The notes: a model not told the origin generated them from the sequence alone. DNA of 63,456 nucleotides, filler included, from Octopus bimaculoides (GCF_001194135.2; 4 parts of 3 records of this genome joined end to end with filler, not necessarily neighbours in it); one strand, 5' to 3'; shown: positions 25,795-37,218, counted from the whole stretch's first letter. A program made the numbers and translations.

Positions 25795-26682
25795 CATTTA
25801 TGTATGTATGCGTTATGCTTGTGAATATTTGTGTTTGCTATGAAGTACAATCTGTACGGTTATAAACATTTTAGAGAAAAATTACTAGTTATATCTATTT
25901 GAGCCCCTTTTAACTACGGCCTAGTGAAATTATGTCGAGATATATTCCCTCAAAAAGTTTATATATTCGTTAATTAACCAACGGCTAATGAAACTTTAAT
26001 AATTACTATATAAAGTGTATTACATAACAATTGTGCCTGTATATAGATTAATTCGATCCAGTGCTATGCATTACTATACTACCTCTAATATAGATTTACT
26101 GATAGAGCTAGAAATATACACGATTAATTTTTATGTCACATCCTAAATTACATAGTCAAACTCAGAAGTAATCTGTAGAATTATATGACTTAAAACTATT
26201 TGTCAACCACTACATATTATTTCTCTATGTGAAAAGGAAACAGTTTTTGTTACGGTATAGATATGAAAAGTCGTTGTGCAACTAAAATATGTCTTCTTTC
26301 AGCATGTCTGAAAGAATAAGAAAATGTAAACGCTATGAGAATACCAGTTTCTAATTTAAGCAGAGGGTCAGCATTTCGTGAGAAGGTAGGGAAGGGGTGT
26401 TAATTGAAATAGATGACCCCACTGCTATTCAGACAGCGATGTACGAATAAAACTTACTTCCTACGCAGATTGTGAAGGGAAAATAATAAACAAATCTATT
26501 GTATTAGATACGTTACCTCCCAGCACACCTACCGATTGTAGCTATAAACAAAAGTCAAATGTGCCTCAACTTTACAATGTTTTCAACTGCTGTTAGTTAT
26601 ATAGGGAAAACACAATAATTTTTATATTACCTTTCCGGATATTACTTTTTCATATTTCAATCAGTTCTTTGCATTGTGTTAC

Positions 26683-26692
26683 GGGAAATTCC
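26683..26692 (+). promoter_or_regulatory. Candidate NF-kB/Rel site GGGAAATTCC
   Basis: Perfect GGGRNNYYCC match about 2.6 kb upstream of the putative IL17 TATA box, with weaker GGGAAAA motifs at 26477 and 26604. Single matches arise by chance. Confidence 0.35.
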
Positions 26693-26960
26693 ACTACCAC
26701 TAAGGTATATCTAAGTAGATTTTGACCAGCTATTACCATTTCGAAATACACCCCGCTGAGCTACGAGCACATTCAGGTTTTATGTGTTAAACATATTACC
26801 CTTTTCGTATTTTCAATCAACATAGAAGCAGCACAATGAAAATAACCAAAGTAAGTAAAATTACGTTAATGATATAATCTGATGTATTTCTGTATGTAGT
26901 TAGCTGTCAATGAGTATTTATATATGTATATTATTTTTTAAATATATTTTTTTCTCTATA

Positions 26961-27403
26961 GGGCGGCGAACTGGCAGAATCGTTAGCAAGCCGGGTGAAA
27001 TGCTTAGCGGTATTTCGTCTGCCGTTATGTTCTGAGTTAAAATTCTGCCGAGGTTGACTTTGCCTTTCATCCTTTCGGGGTCGATAAATTAAGTACCAGT
27101 TACGCACTGGGGTCGATATAATCGACTTTATCCGTTTGTCTGACCTTGTTTGTCTGACCTTGTTTGTCTGACCTTGTTTGTCCCCTCTGTGTGTAACCCC
27201 TTGTGGGCAGTAAAGAAATAGGTATTTCGTCTGCCATTATGTTCTGAGTTAAAATTCTGCCGAGGTTGACTTTGCCTTTCATCCTTTCGGGGTCGAGTAA
27301 ATAAGTATCAGTTACGCACTGGGGTCAATGTAACCGACTTAATCCCTTTGTCTGTCCTTGTTTTTCCCCTCTATGTTTAGCCCCATGAGGGCAATAAACA
27401 AAT
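26961..27403 (+). mobile_element. SINE family B with local tandem duplication
   Basis: The body occurs twice (26961-27220 and about 27221-27403) with shared private variants. There is also an internal 14-bp unit GTTTGTCTGACCTT x3. Confidence 0.85.
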
Positions 27404-28344
27404 ATATATTTTTCTTTTTGAATTAGAAGGGAAGAAGCTTCAAAGGCAAAAAGATAAAAAAAAAATATATGTTAACATAAAAACAATATTACCCACGTGG
27501 TGTTTGTTACGTATTTACTTACATGTGGGTTTCTGGTTGATAGTTAGGTCAGATTGTTGTATCTATGTTGTAACATCTAATTCGTATTTTGTTCAGTTTC
27601 CAGTTTTTAAATTTAAATTAATGGAAATATATAGGTTTACTCATGCTATTCGAAGTAGGTGTGCTGAAAAAAGACCCAACAACAACAAAAACATTGCATA
27701 CATACAGTAATAAAACTTTTGAAATTAGTTAGTAATAATAATCAAAGAAACAGTTTACTTTATAAATGTTAGTAAGAATTTACTTCAAATCTGTAAAAGT
27801 AAAAGAGTTATAAAAAATTATAATGGGTTCTTTAAATTACTAATAATTAAGAGTTTGTAGAGTTTTAGATCAGGACGCCCACATAAGTTGGATTTCCTTC
27901 ATTTTGATAGGGATTTTTCCAATTTTTTTTTTATCGTGGCCTTCAAAATGGTGGCGGGGTGAAACTTTTCATGAAAACATGATTTAGCAGATCCCTAGAC
28001 CATCTGGTAGATAGAACAACTAAATCTCCCTTAAATTATACACCTTTTCGTCTGAAAATATTTTCAAGATATTTTTTCTACCGAAAAGGTGTCTATCATT
28101 TTTAAGTGCGTAGTACCCAAAAAAGATTGGCCAAAATCGATCCGAAGCGGTCATGGGTGAAGGAGAGAAGAGATGAAGAGTAAGTTTTCCAAAATCTTTT
28201 TTCATAAAAGCTTCCTCCATCATTTCGAAGAGAAGTTAAGAAAGAATTAAAAAAAAAAAAAAAAAAAAAAAATTCACTGTCAAAGCGGAGAAAAACCAAT
28301 TTGTGTGGGCATCGTTAACAGAAACTCTGTCCAAGAATTTATCA

Positions 28345-28570
28345 AGATTCTTTATATTCGTTTCTACTCTAGGCACAAGGCCCGAAACTTTTGGAAAGGA
28401 GGCCAGTCAATAAGATCGACTCCAGTACGCAACTGGTACTTAATTTATAGATCCAGCAAGGATGAAAAGCAAAGACGACCTACGTGGAACTTGAACTCCG
28501 AACGTAAAGATAGACGAAATTCGCTACGCATTTCGCCCGACCTGCTAACGGTTCTACCAGGTCGCTGCCG
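28345..28570 (-). mobile_element. SINE family B
   Basis: Reverse complement of the core (GGATGAAAAGCAAAGACGACC...GAACTTGAACTC...CTGCTAACGGTTCT). Confidence 0.7.
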
Positions 28571-29315
28571 TCAAGATTTTTTATTTTGACAGGCACTAAA
28601 TTTTAAATCAATAACTTCTAAACGTCTATATTTGTAATTGTTAAACCTAAATATTGATGAACACACTAGATTCTACTACGTCAATGTATATGTTAACTTA
28701 CAATTCATATCATTTCATTAGTTTCATTTATATCTTTAATGGATTTCTACATTGTGTTGTACACCTTGTTTCACATTGATTAAATGTCTCCACTTTTCTT
28801 ATTCAACAGAAATATATACGTTTTACAAACTATGGTTATTTAAAAAATAATTCGCACACATGTCTAGACGCTAGTTATTTTCTTTTTCCTTTATGCTTTT
28901 TCTCACATTTTTTTCACTCCTACCCAAATCACGTGTATCAATAGTTAAGTGCTGCTAATTGATATAATAAGGAATGATTTTTAAACATGTATATTGTACA
29001 TTATTGCTTATTTGCTTTGTTTAATTAATGTGATTTTAAACGTTTTAAATTTGACCAACAAAAAACTCCGGTTGCAATCTCTACTTTGTCGTTTCATTAA
29101 TAAGACATAATAGACATAAATGTATAGACAGCGAGTAAGAGAAGGGTGAACACTTTGAATATTCACTATTTTTTTTCGGTGCGGTAATTAAAATAGTAGG
29201 GTAAAAAATTGGATATTAATTAATATCAATTTAATACCAGGGAACCAGCACATTAAAAGAATCAGAAGATTCAGAAAAAATTTTCTGAGATCTCAAAAGG
29301 ATTATTGCATATGTA

Positions 29316-29325
29316 TATATAAAAG
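29316..29325 (+). promoter_or_regulatory. Candidate TATA box of the IL17-like gene
   Basis: TATATAAAAG in unique sequence, followed by about 110 nt of purine-rich leader-like DNA that runs into the N gap at 29440. Confidence 0.45.
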
Positions 29326-29848
29326 AGACCACTAAGTGGACTGCTAATGTGCTAGAAGAAGATCACCGAAAAGTTCTCAAAGAAAAAATTCAGCGAAGCA
29401 AAAACATACGAGCGAGACTAGTGAAAATTATAGAAATAANNNNNNNNNNNNNNNNNNNNNNNNNNNNNNNNNNNNNNNNNNNNNNNNNNNNNNNNNNNNN
29501 NNNNNNNNNNNNNNNNNNNNNNNNNNNNNNNNNNNNNNNNNNNNNNNNNNNNNNNNNNNNNNNNNNNNNNNNNNNNNNNNNNNNNNNNNNNNNNNNNNNN
29601 NNNNNNNNNNNNNNNNNNNNNNNNNNNNNNNNNNNNNNNNNNNNNNNNNNNNNNNNNNNNNNNNNNNNNNNNNNNNNNNNNNNNNNNNNNNNNNNNNNNN
29701 NNNNNNNNNNNNNNNNNNNNNNNNNNNNNNNNNNNNNNNNNNNNNNNNNNNNNNNNNNNNNNNNNNNNNNNNNNNNNNNNNNNNNNNNNNNNATATATAT
29801 ACATATACATATACATTTACATATGTGTCTGTGTGTGTGTGTGTGTAT

Positions 29849-29930
29849 CGAGGGGTGCTGAAAAGTTCCTGGCTTTGGGTAATAGAAAATACAGTAAGAT
29901 CAGTTAATTATCATTTCATTCATCACATTC
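29849..29930 (+). mobile_element. Mariner-type terminal fragment
   Basis: CGAGGGGTGCTGAAAAGTTCCTGGC start. A related end GAGGGGATGCTGAAAAGTC lies near 59450. Confidence 0.5.
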
Positions 29931-29947
29931 CCCTATCACACAAACAC

Positions 29948-29982
<35 letters not shown>

Positions 29983-31264
29983 TATATATATATAATATAC
30001 ATATATATAATATACATGTATACCTACATTACAATGCTGATGTCTCTTCTTGGAGACAACGGGTAACCGTGGTCTCCTGTTCCTCTCAGTCATGGTCGGG
30101 TCGTCGAGAACTAAACCGTTTCCTCTCTTAATTCAGCTTAATGGATTTGGAGGAGGGTTGAAGGCACCCATCAGAACTAAAACACGATCTGCTCAAACAA
30201 GGACACAGAAGCGCTGTCATCTCTAATACACGGATTACATGACGGTATAACTGGAATCATCTTCACACACACACACACCCACACACATACACATATACAC
30301 TAGCGCACACACACGCACACACATATATGCACTCGCGCACACACACGCACACATATATACACTCACGCACACACACGCACTAGCACACGCACTCGCACNN
30401 NNNNNNNNNNNNNNNNNNNNNNNNNNNNNNNNNNNNNNNNNNNNNNNNNNNNNNNNNNNNNNNNNNNNNNNNNNNNNNNNNNNNNNNNNNNNNNNNNNNN
30501 NNNNNNNNNNNNNNNNNNNNNNNNNNNNNNNNNNNNNNNNNNNNNNNNNNNNNNNNNNNNNNNNNNNNNNNNNNNNNNNNNNNNNNNNNNNNNNNNNNNN
30601 NNNNNNNNNNNNNNNNNNNNNNNNNNNNNNNNNNNNNNNNNNNNNNNNNNNNNNNNNNNNNNNNNNNNNNNNNNNNNNNNNNNNNNNNNNNNNNNNNNNN
30701 NNNNNNNNNNNNNNNNNNNNNNNNNNNNNNNNNNNNNNNNNNNNNNNNNNNNNNNNNNNNNNNNNNNNNNNNNNNNNNNNNNNNNNNNNNNNNNNNNNNN
30801 NNNNNNNNNNNNNNNNNNNNNNNNNNNNNNNNNNNNNNNNNNNNNNNNNNNNNNNNNNNNNNNNNNNNNNNNNNNNNNNNNNNNNNNNNNNNNNNNNNNN
30901 NNNNNNNNNNNNNNNNNNNNNNNNNNNNNNNNNNNNNNNNNNNNNNNNNNNNNNNNNNNNNNNNNNNNNNNNNNNNNNNNNNNNNNNNNNNNNNNNNNNN
31001 NNNNNNNNNNNNNNNNNNNNNNNNNNNNNNNNNNNNNNNNNNNNNNNNNNNNNNNNNNNNNNNNNNNNNNNNNNNNNNNNNNNNNNNNNNNNNNNNNNNN
31101 NNNNNNNNNNNNNNNNNNNNNNNNNNNNNNNNNNNNNNNNNNNNNNNNNNNNNNNNNNNNNNNNNNNNNNNNNNNNNNNNNNNNNNNNNNNNNNNNNNNN
31201 NNNNNNNNNNNNNNNNNNNNNNNNNNNNNNNNNNNNNNNNNNNNNNNNNNNNNNNNATATATAT

Positions 31265-32120
31265 ATATGCATATATGGGTATAGGACGTTACAGAACGTA
31301 AACAACATGAAATACGATAATATGGAATACGAACTTTTTTTGCGAAGACAAAAGAAACAAATGGAAAAAACAAGACTAATAACATAAAGAACGCCCCTTC
31401 ATCAGTTGTCGGCTGATAAAATCAAAACAAAAATTAGAACAAGAACGTAACAGGCGAAAACAAAACATTCGGACAGTAGATGGTACAAATAGGGACAGGA
31501 AAAAAACAAGGACAGGTCATTCGGAGATTTCAGTCTTCAGTCGAGAAGCAGATCGTCCCTGCAGTTTCGGCCGCTTAATCTCGAGACTGCTTTAATCTGG
31601 CCGGCCCCAAGGAAATCTAAGTTAATAGCACTAGATTCTTTGGAAGAAAGCAGACGAATATATACGAACACAAGGCCGAAAAGAAAGAAAAAAAAACAGA
31701 GAAATGGAACACAATTAGAAATACAAACAATAAGACATTAACAACAGATGTCTTTCGACTAAGGACGAATTAAATTAAGTTGGCGTGTGTGGAAGTCAAA
31801 GCCTTACAGCAGGAACATAGCAGATGAATGTCATGAGAAGAAATACGAGAGGTGCTGCACGTTTGGTATTCGAACCAAGAAAGAAACGTGAGACTGGGAC
31901 GAACACCAGTCACGTAGAAGGAGAGGAGAGAGTTAGTGGTTAGAGGGATTGATGAACGAGGAAGAGACGAGAAAGAGAGAGAAAAAAAAGGGAAAGGGAC
32001 AGACTGAGGTAAAGGAGGAAGGAAAGTGATGAGTAGCAAGTGAGTGTCAAGAAATGTGTGAGAGGGTGGGAACGAGAAAAAGAAATATATATATTTTTCA
32101 AAATATATATCGAAACGCCA
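31265..32120 (-). mobile_element. Interspersed repeat in the IL17 intron, possibly a Penelope-like terminal region
   Basis: Strongly purine-skewed, with a CTGATGA half-core on the minus strand at 31399-31405. No coding motif is visible. Confidence 0.35.
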
Positions 32121-32471
32121 CGCATCCTCTTCCAAGTAAGTTTTATATATATACGTATATATATGAATGTGTGTATGCNNNNNNNNNNNNNNNNNNNNNN
32201 NNNNNNNNNNNNNNNNNNNNNNNNNNNNNNNNNNNNNNNNNNNNNNNNNNNNNNNNNNNNNNNNNNNNNNNNNNNNNNNNNNNNNNNNNNNNNNNNNNNN
32301 NNNNNNNNNNNNNNNNNNNNNNNNNNNNNNNNNNNNNNNNNNNNNNNNNNNNNNNNNNNNNNNNNNNNNNNNNNNNNNNNNNNNNNNNNNNNNNNNNNNN
32401 NNNNNNNNNNNNNNNNNNNNNNNNNNNNNNNNNNNNNNNNNNNNNNNNNNNNNNNNNNNNNNNNNNNNNNN

Positions 32472-32533
<62 letters not shown>

Positions 32534-32757
32534 CATGTATGTTTGTGCGCGCGTTTGTGAGTATGAGTGTATGTGCCTGTGTGTGAGTATGTGAGTGTGT
32601 GTGCGGGTCTGAGTTTTTGTGTGTGTGTGTGTGCGGGTCTGAGCTTTTGTGTGTGCGTGTGTGTGTGTGTCATTGCTAAATTTGTTAACCCCTCTGAATT
32701 TCAGCACCATACCAAAAGGAATAATATGAATTGACGAAATTATTTTGTTTCTCACAG

Positions 32758-33243
32758 GTTTCCATCCATGTTGTATTGTTCCACTTCTTCTGCTTCATAT
32801 CGATCGTACCATCGGCGTCAATTCCTGTCCAATGTAAAATACCAACCAATTTGAAAATCCTATATGAGAATATTGCCAATATACCAGCAGTTGGAAGTGA
32901 CCAAGTCGCAGTAACCGATGAGGATAAAACTTGCCCAACAGCTTTACTTTCTACTGTTATCCGCGAACGTTCCACCTGCCCTTGGTATCTTAAAATGGTC
33001 TACGATTCATTAGTTTATCCTCCATTACGTACGGAAGCTGTATGTCGCTGTCGAAACTGTCTTGACTCTGACAACAACCACCAATGTGTGACTGTATACA
33101 CTAAAATGACTGTCCTCAAACGTACAGGTGAATGTGTTGATGGACAATATGTGTATAAACCAAGTGTGATTGAGATAGCTACAGCCTGCGTCTGCGCACG
33201 GAAGATCGATGTCCAGAGCGATAGCATAAATTATGTGACATAA
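32758..33243 (+). CDS. IL17: Interleukin-17-like cytokine, main (second) coding exon
   Basis: Open frame with a hydrophobic signal-like start VSIHVVLFHFFCFISIVPSA. IL-17 hallmarks: RSTCPW, EAVCRCRNC, HQCVTVY..MTVLKR and a terminal ACVC cystine-knot pair. A splice acceptor TATTTTGTTTCTCACAG (AG at 32756-57) is in phase 0; the track's TTG start at 32731 lies in intron sequence. Stop TAA at 33241-43. Confidence 0.93.
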   Translation, partial: VSIHVVLFHFFCFISIVPSASIPVQCKIPTNLKILYENIANIPAVGSDQVAVTDEDKTCPTALLSTVIRERSTCPWYLKMVYDSLVYPPLRTEAVCRCRNCLDSDNNHQCVTVYTKMTVLKRTGECVDGQYVYKPSVIEIATACVCARKIDVQSDSINYVT

Positions 33244-33373
33244 AAATCAGCTGACTACCAAATTATTCAATGCGTGTAACGCAAATGTTATTCATATGAA
33301 ATTAAAGTTGACCACTGTGTGGTTATTATAGTTTACAAGCGCGCGTAAAGACAAACAAACATACACACATATT

Positions 33374-33434
<61 letters not shown>

Positions 33435-33586
33435 TTATGTATGTATGTATGTATGTATGTATGTATGTATGTATGTATGTGTCTATTTATCTATCTACCT
33501 ATCTATATATCTATCTACATAACCAACATTTTTTTGTGCGTATTTCAACCTTTATGTAGACGTACGATGTTATAATTTTGCGTTTT

Positions 33587-33628
33587 ATTTAAATGCATAT
33601 ATACTGAAATAAAATATACATTTATTTA
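33587..33628 (+). promoter_or_regulatory. Candidate poly(A) signal and AU-rich elements of the IL17-like 3' UTR
   Basis: AATAAA at 33608-33613, ATTTA at 33587, ATTTATTTA at 33620, and an alternative ATTAAA at 33301. Confidence 0.45.
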
Positions 33629-33671
33629 AATGTATGTGACTTTGAAATATGTAGTCATTGAAATACGCACG

Positions 33672-34160
33672 TTAGGACCAACACCGAAGTCCTGACTTGT
33701 GCTGGCCTCCCTTCCATGTACACCTTACTGAGACAACGTCGACTACGCTGGCCGTATGGAGGATGGCCAAATCCCAAAAGTCATTCTCTGCGGAGAACTC
33801 GCAGCAGGGCAGAGAAACAAGGGCTGCCTGCAGCTGAGGTACAAGGACGTGTGCAGGAGTGACATGAAGGCGCTCAACATCGACATCAACTTTTGAGAGG
33901 ACCTGGCAGTGGACCGCACCCGGTGGAAAAGCACACTTCTCAAACAACTATGGATCGGTGAGGAGAAGCTGTCAGCTGCAGCTGCAGAAAAGCGAGCACG
34001 ATGTAAGGGATCGACAGCCGACAGACCAGATCTATGCGGCCGAGACTGTTATTTGCGCATTGGTCACCATAGCCACAGCACGCGCTGCTCAAGCCGAGCG
34101 GCCCAACTTAGACAGTAACTGGACGGACGTGATACCCATGGTTAGCTGTGACCAAGGTGG
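33672..34160 (+). mobile_element. 3' fragment of an RTE-BovB-like LINE, CpG-rich
   Basis: Reads RTNTEVLTCAGLPSMYTLLRQRRLRW, RMEDGQIPKVILCGEL, LRYKDVCRSDMK and a C-terminal CGRDC..RIGHHSH zinc knuckle, then a CCCATGGTTAGCTGTGACC tail. Confidence 0.85.
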
Positions 34161-34216
34161 CCCAAAGATATATACGTGTTTGTGTATTGTGTGTGTGTGT
34201 GGGGGGGGAGGGTATA

Positions 34217-34600
34217 TGTGGCCATGCTGGAGCACCGCACACACACACACACACACACGACGGGCTACCAAATCCACTCACAAGGCTTTGGTCTGCCCGA
34301 GGCTATAGTAGAAGATTCTTGCCCAAGGTGCCACGCAGTGGGACTGAACTCGGAACCATGTGATTGGTATGCAAGCTACTTACCACACAGCCACTCCGGG
34401 CAGAATAGTTAGCACGACAGGCAAAATGCTAACAGCATTTTGTCCGTCATTACTTTCCGAGTTCAAATTTCGCCGAAGTCGACTTCGACTTTCATACTTG
34501 GGAGTCCTTAAAACAAGTACCAGTCAAGCGTATGTGTCGAAGTAATCGAATTCCTCTCTCTTTCGAATTGGTTGGGCTTGTGCCAAAATTTGAAACCAAT
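34217..34600. mobile_element. Abutting SINE A (minus, 34217-34398) and SINE B (plus, 34399-34600)
   Basis: Head of family A on the minus strand is directly followed by family B head, core and TTTGAAACC tail. Confidence 0.75.
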
Positions 34601-35012
34601 AATAACTGCATATAGTTATAAATACATTTATAACAAATGCGCATACAAATATTTATATAAATCATATATGCATGAAATATACAATACAATAAAGCTGATG
34701 GATTTTTTTAAATATACATATATATTTAATTTATATATAATAAAAAAATATATTTATAAATACATATATAACAAACTTGCATACAAATATTTATATAAAT
34801 CACATATGCATAAAATATACAATACAATAAAGTTGATGGATTTTTTAAATATACATATATATTTAATTTATATATAATAACTGCATATATTTATAAATAG
34901 ATATATAACAAATTTGCATACAAATATTTTTATAAATCATATATGCATGAAATATACAATACAATAAAGTTAATGGATTTTTTTAATATACATATATATT
35001 GAATTTATATAA
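34601..35012. repeat. AT-rich minisatellite, about 137-bp unit x3
   Basis: Unit AATAACTGCATAT...CATACAAATATTTATATAAATCA...GATGGATTTTTTAAATATACATATATATTTAATTTATATAT. Units 1 and 3 start at 34601 and 34876. Confidence 0.9.
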
Positions 35013-35519
35013 TAATAATGAATGTATATATTTGTATGTATTTTTATGATAATTTCTCCTCGTAAATCATTTGTAAGGATTTTGTAAATATATTTTTTCA
35101 TTACATGTATCTTTCATATATGTTATTATGCAAGTAACACGAGGCAAATTACTATATATCAGTTTGATTTGTAGCAAATATATGTTACTAAAAAAAAAAT
35201 AATAATAAAATGACCTCCCTTCGCTCGAAAAAAAAAAACGAAAAATAAAATCTATTACAATCACAAATGCTTTTCCTGGTTATTTTTTGTTTTATGTTTC
35301 TGTATTTATTGAAAGCGTAACTGAATGAAATATTGTGTAACCGCATGTGACATTCAAGACATTTTCCAGTATTATGTTGCGATCTTTGAAAGATCATTTT
35401 CTTACTGTTAATGAGTTTAGCTGTTAATAGGTAGGATTGTTTCTGAGAATATTGCCAGTATTATGCGCCGATATAAGTCATCTAACTAATGATGTGTGAA
35501 TGAATATATATATATGTAA

Positions 35520-36170
35520 CTCCACCACCGATGATGTTCCCTACGTCAGCATCAATGTCACCAACACTAACAACAGCGGAAGCAGCAGTGTCAGCATAAA
35601 CAAGGGGAGCATCGCCGGTAGCAACATTCAGCGGATGTTCCAGAAACACCTTCAAGCAGCGCCTCTCCAACCACAGATCCTGGTTTAGTATCATTGAGAG
35701 ATGATATGCTACGTCCTTGGCCAACCACGTATGGTACCTGAACGAGGAAAGGACTCCACGCGTAATCTCATTGAAGATCCTATAAAAACCGGGCCATTAC
35801 ATCAACGAATGCAGGCGTTGCAAATTGTATAAAGCTGAACGGGCGAGGATATCAAAGAACCCGTTCGACCCGGTTAATATCTTAAATTCCAAGACAGAAG
35901 TCTTCGGATCCTGCTTACACTTCGGGCGATTCCTGCTGAAATTCTGGGACCCGCAAGCTGATTGGATGATTCCGGATAGCGATTTAAGGGAGACAGCCCC
36001 TTGCGCTTGTCCCTTCTCTTTTGTTTGTATGTTCAACACCTAACCATGAGGTCTTTTCTCCCTCCACTTTGAAGAGAGGTAATAGGCCACCGGCCATTAG
36101 GGTCTGACGAGACGTTTTAAAGTCAAGCGTTTTGTGGACGCGAAACCCTGGGTAACCTCATAGACCGACC
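35520..36170 (+). mobile_element. 3' end of a Penelope-like element (GIY-YIG endonuclease remnant plus terminal repeat)
   Basis: One plus frame (35627-36043, with stops) reads FSGCSRNTFKQRLSNHRSWF...ATSLANHVWYL...SLKIL...CRRCKL...NILNSKTEVFGSCLHFGRFL. This matches the Penelope GIY-YIG C-terminal pattern also seen at 53979-54257. Confidence 0.8.
36098..36160 (+). ncRNA. Type I hammerhead ribozyme motif
   Basis: Core CTGACGA at 36104-10 and GAAA at 36142-45. Helix III is ACCC-T-GGGT, with a GUA cleavage triplet at 36152-54. Helix I is GGGT/ACCT. Helix II is G-C, a bulged A, then CGTTT/GGACG. Confidence 0.75.
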
Positions 36171-37218
36171 ATATCTATATTTATCGAAATACTCCACTAC
36201 ACTATAACTTGAGCAGTTGTGTTGAGAACCGCTGGCCCATTGCGCCTCCACCTACAATGTGTGTATAAACGTGAAACAGCACTCACGGCAGTATTTTGTC
36301 TCAGTGAATCAATAGAGAGTGTGTGACAGAGAGTGGGGTAGAGAGAGACTAGTGTGTTAGGTATTTAAAATATTTTATGAATAGTTACTTTTTTTGGTAA
36401 TATGGGTGTCGATTGTTAATTAAGAAAGGCACTTGCAAAATATAAGAAAGGATAGTTTGTGCCTTTGTGCTTGTAATTTAATTTTTTTTATTTATTAAAA
36501 TACAACTCTTAATTAATGTATGTTAAGTACTGTGTTATATTTATCTCTTTGCTTTCCGTTTTATAAAATGCATTCTACAAGGTTTTCTTAAACACAACGG
36601 CCAAATACATTTTAACATACATTTGGATATTCAAAACATTTGCAAAAAATATAAATAATATATAATAGTTACAAACAAATGTACAAAATATATTTATTAA
36701 AAGATATACAAAATAGTTGCAATTCATATAATAGTTATTAAAAAAAACTGCAGTCACAGGTTAAGTAATGATTGCTCACTCCGATGCATGACTGAAATTT
36801 TCTAAGGAAGCGTTATAGTTTGTTAAAAGTTTTTGCAGTATATTACTGGTACTTTTCTACCTAAGAGAAATGGATGACAGGGTCAACTATGGTGTAATTT
36901 GGGACATCATGTAAGAACATTGCTGGCACTTTAATCTCAATGCAATCCGGTAACCACTTACACACAATCTGGATAAGAAAATAAAATGTTTTGTGCGTGC
37001 ATCTGCTTGTGCGTGCATATATATATATATATATANNNNNNNNNNNNNNNNNNNNNNNNNNNNNNNNNNNNNNNNNNNNNNNNNNNNNNNNNNNNNNNNN
37101 NNNNNNNNNNNNNNNNNNNNNNNNNNNNNNNNNNNNNNNNNNNNNNNNNNNNNNNNNNNNNNNNNNNNNNNNNNNNNNNNNNNNNNNNNNNNNNNNNNNN
37201 NNNNNNNNNNNNNNNNNN

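Noticed and set aside
32731-32757. TTG start and MTKLFCFSQ N-terminus for IL17
   Set aside because: This stretch is a polypyrimidine tract and CAG splice acceptor. Non-ATG initiation is unnecessary.
35445-35462. Short match TGAGAATATTGCCA to the IL17 exon as a paralog remnant
   Set aside because: Only about 14 nt match, and the surrounding frames show no IL17 similarity.
35482-36039. Two in-frame minus-strand ORFs (80 aa each) as a novel gene
   Set aside because: They are the antisense shadow of the plus-strand Penelope GIY-YIG frame, which carries the recognisable motifs.
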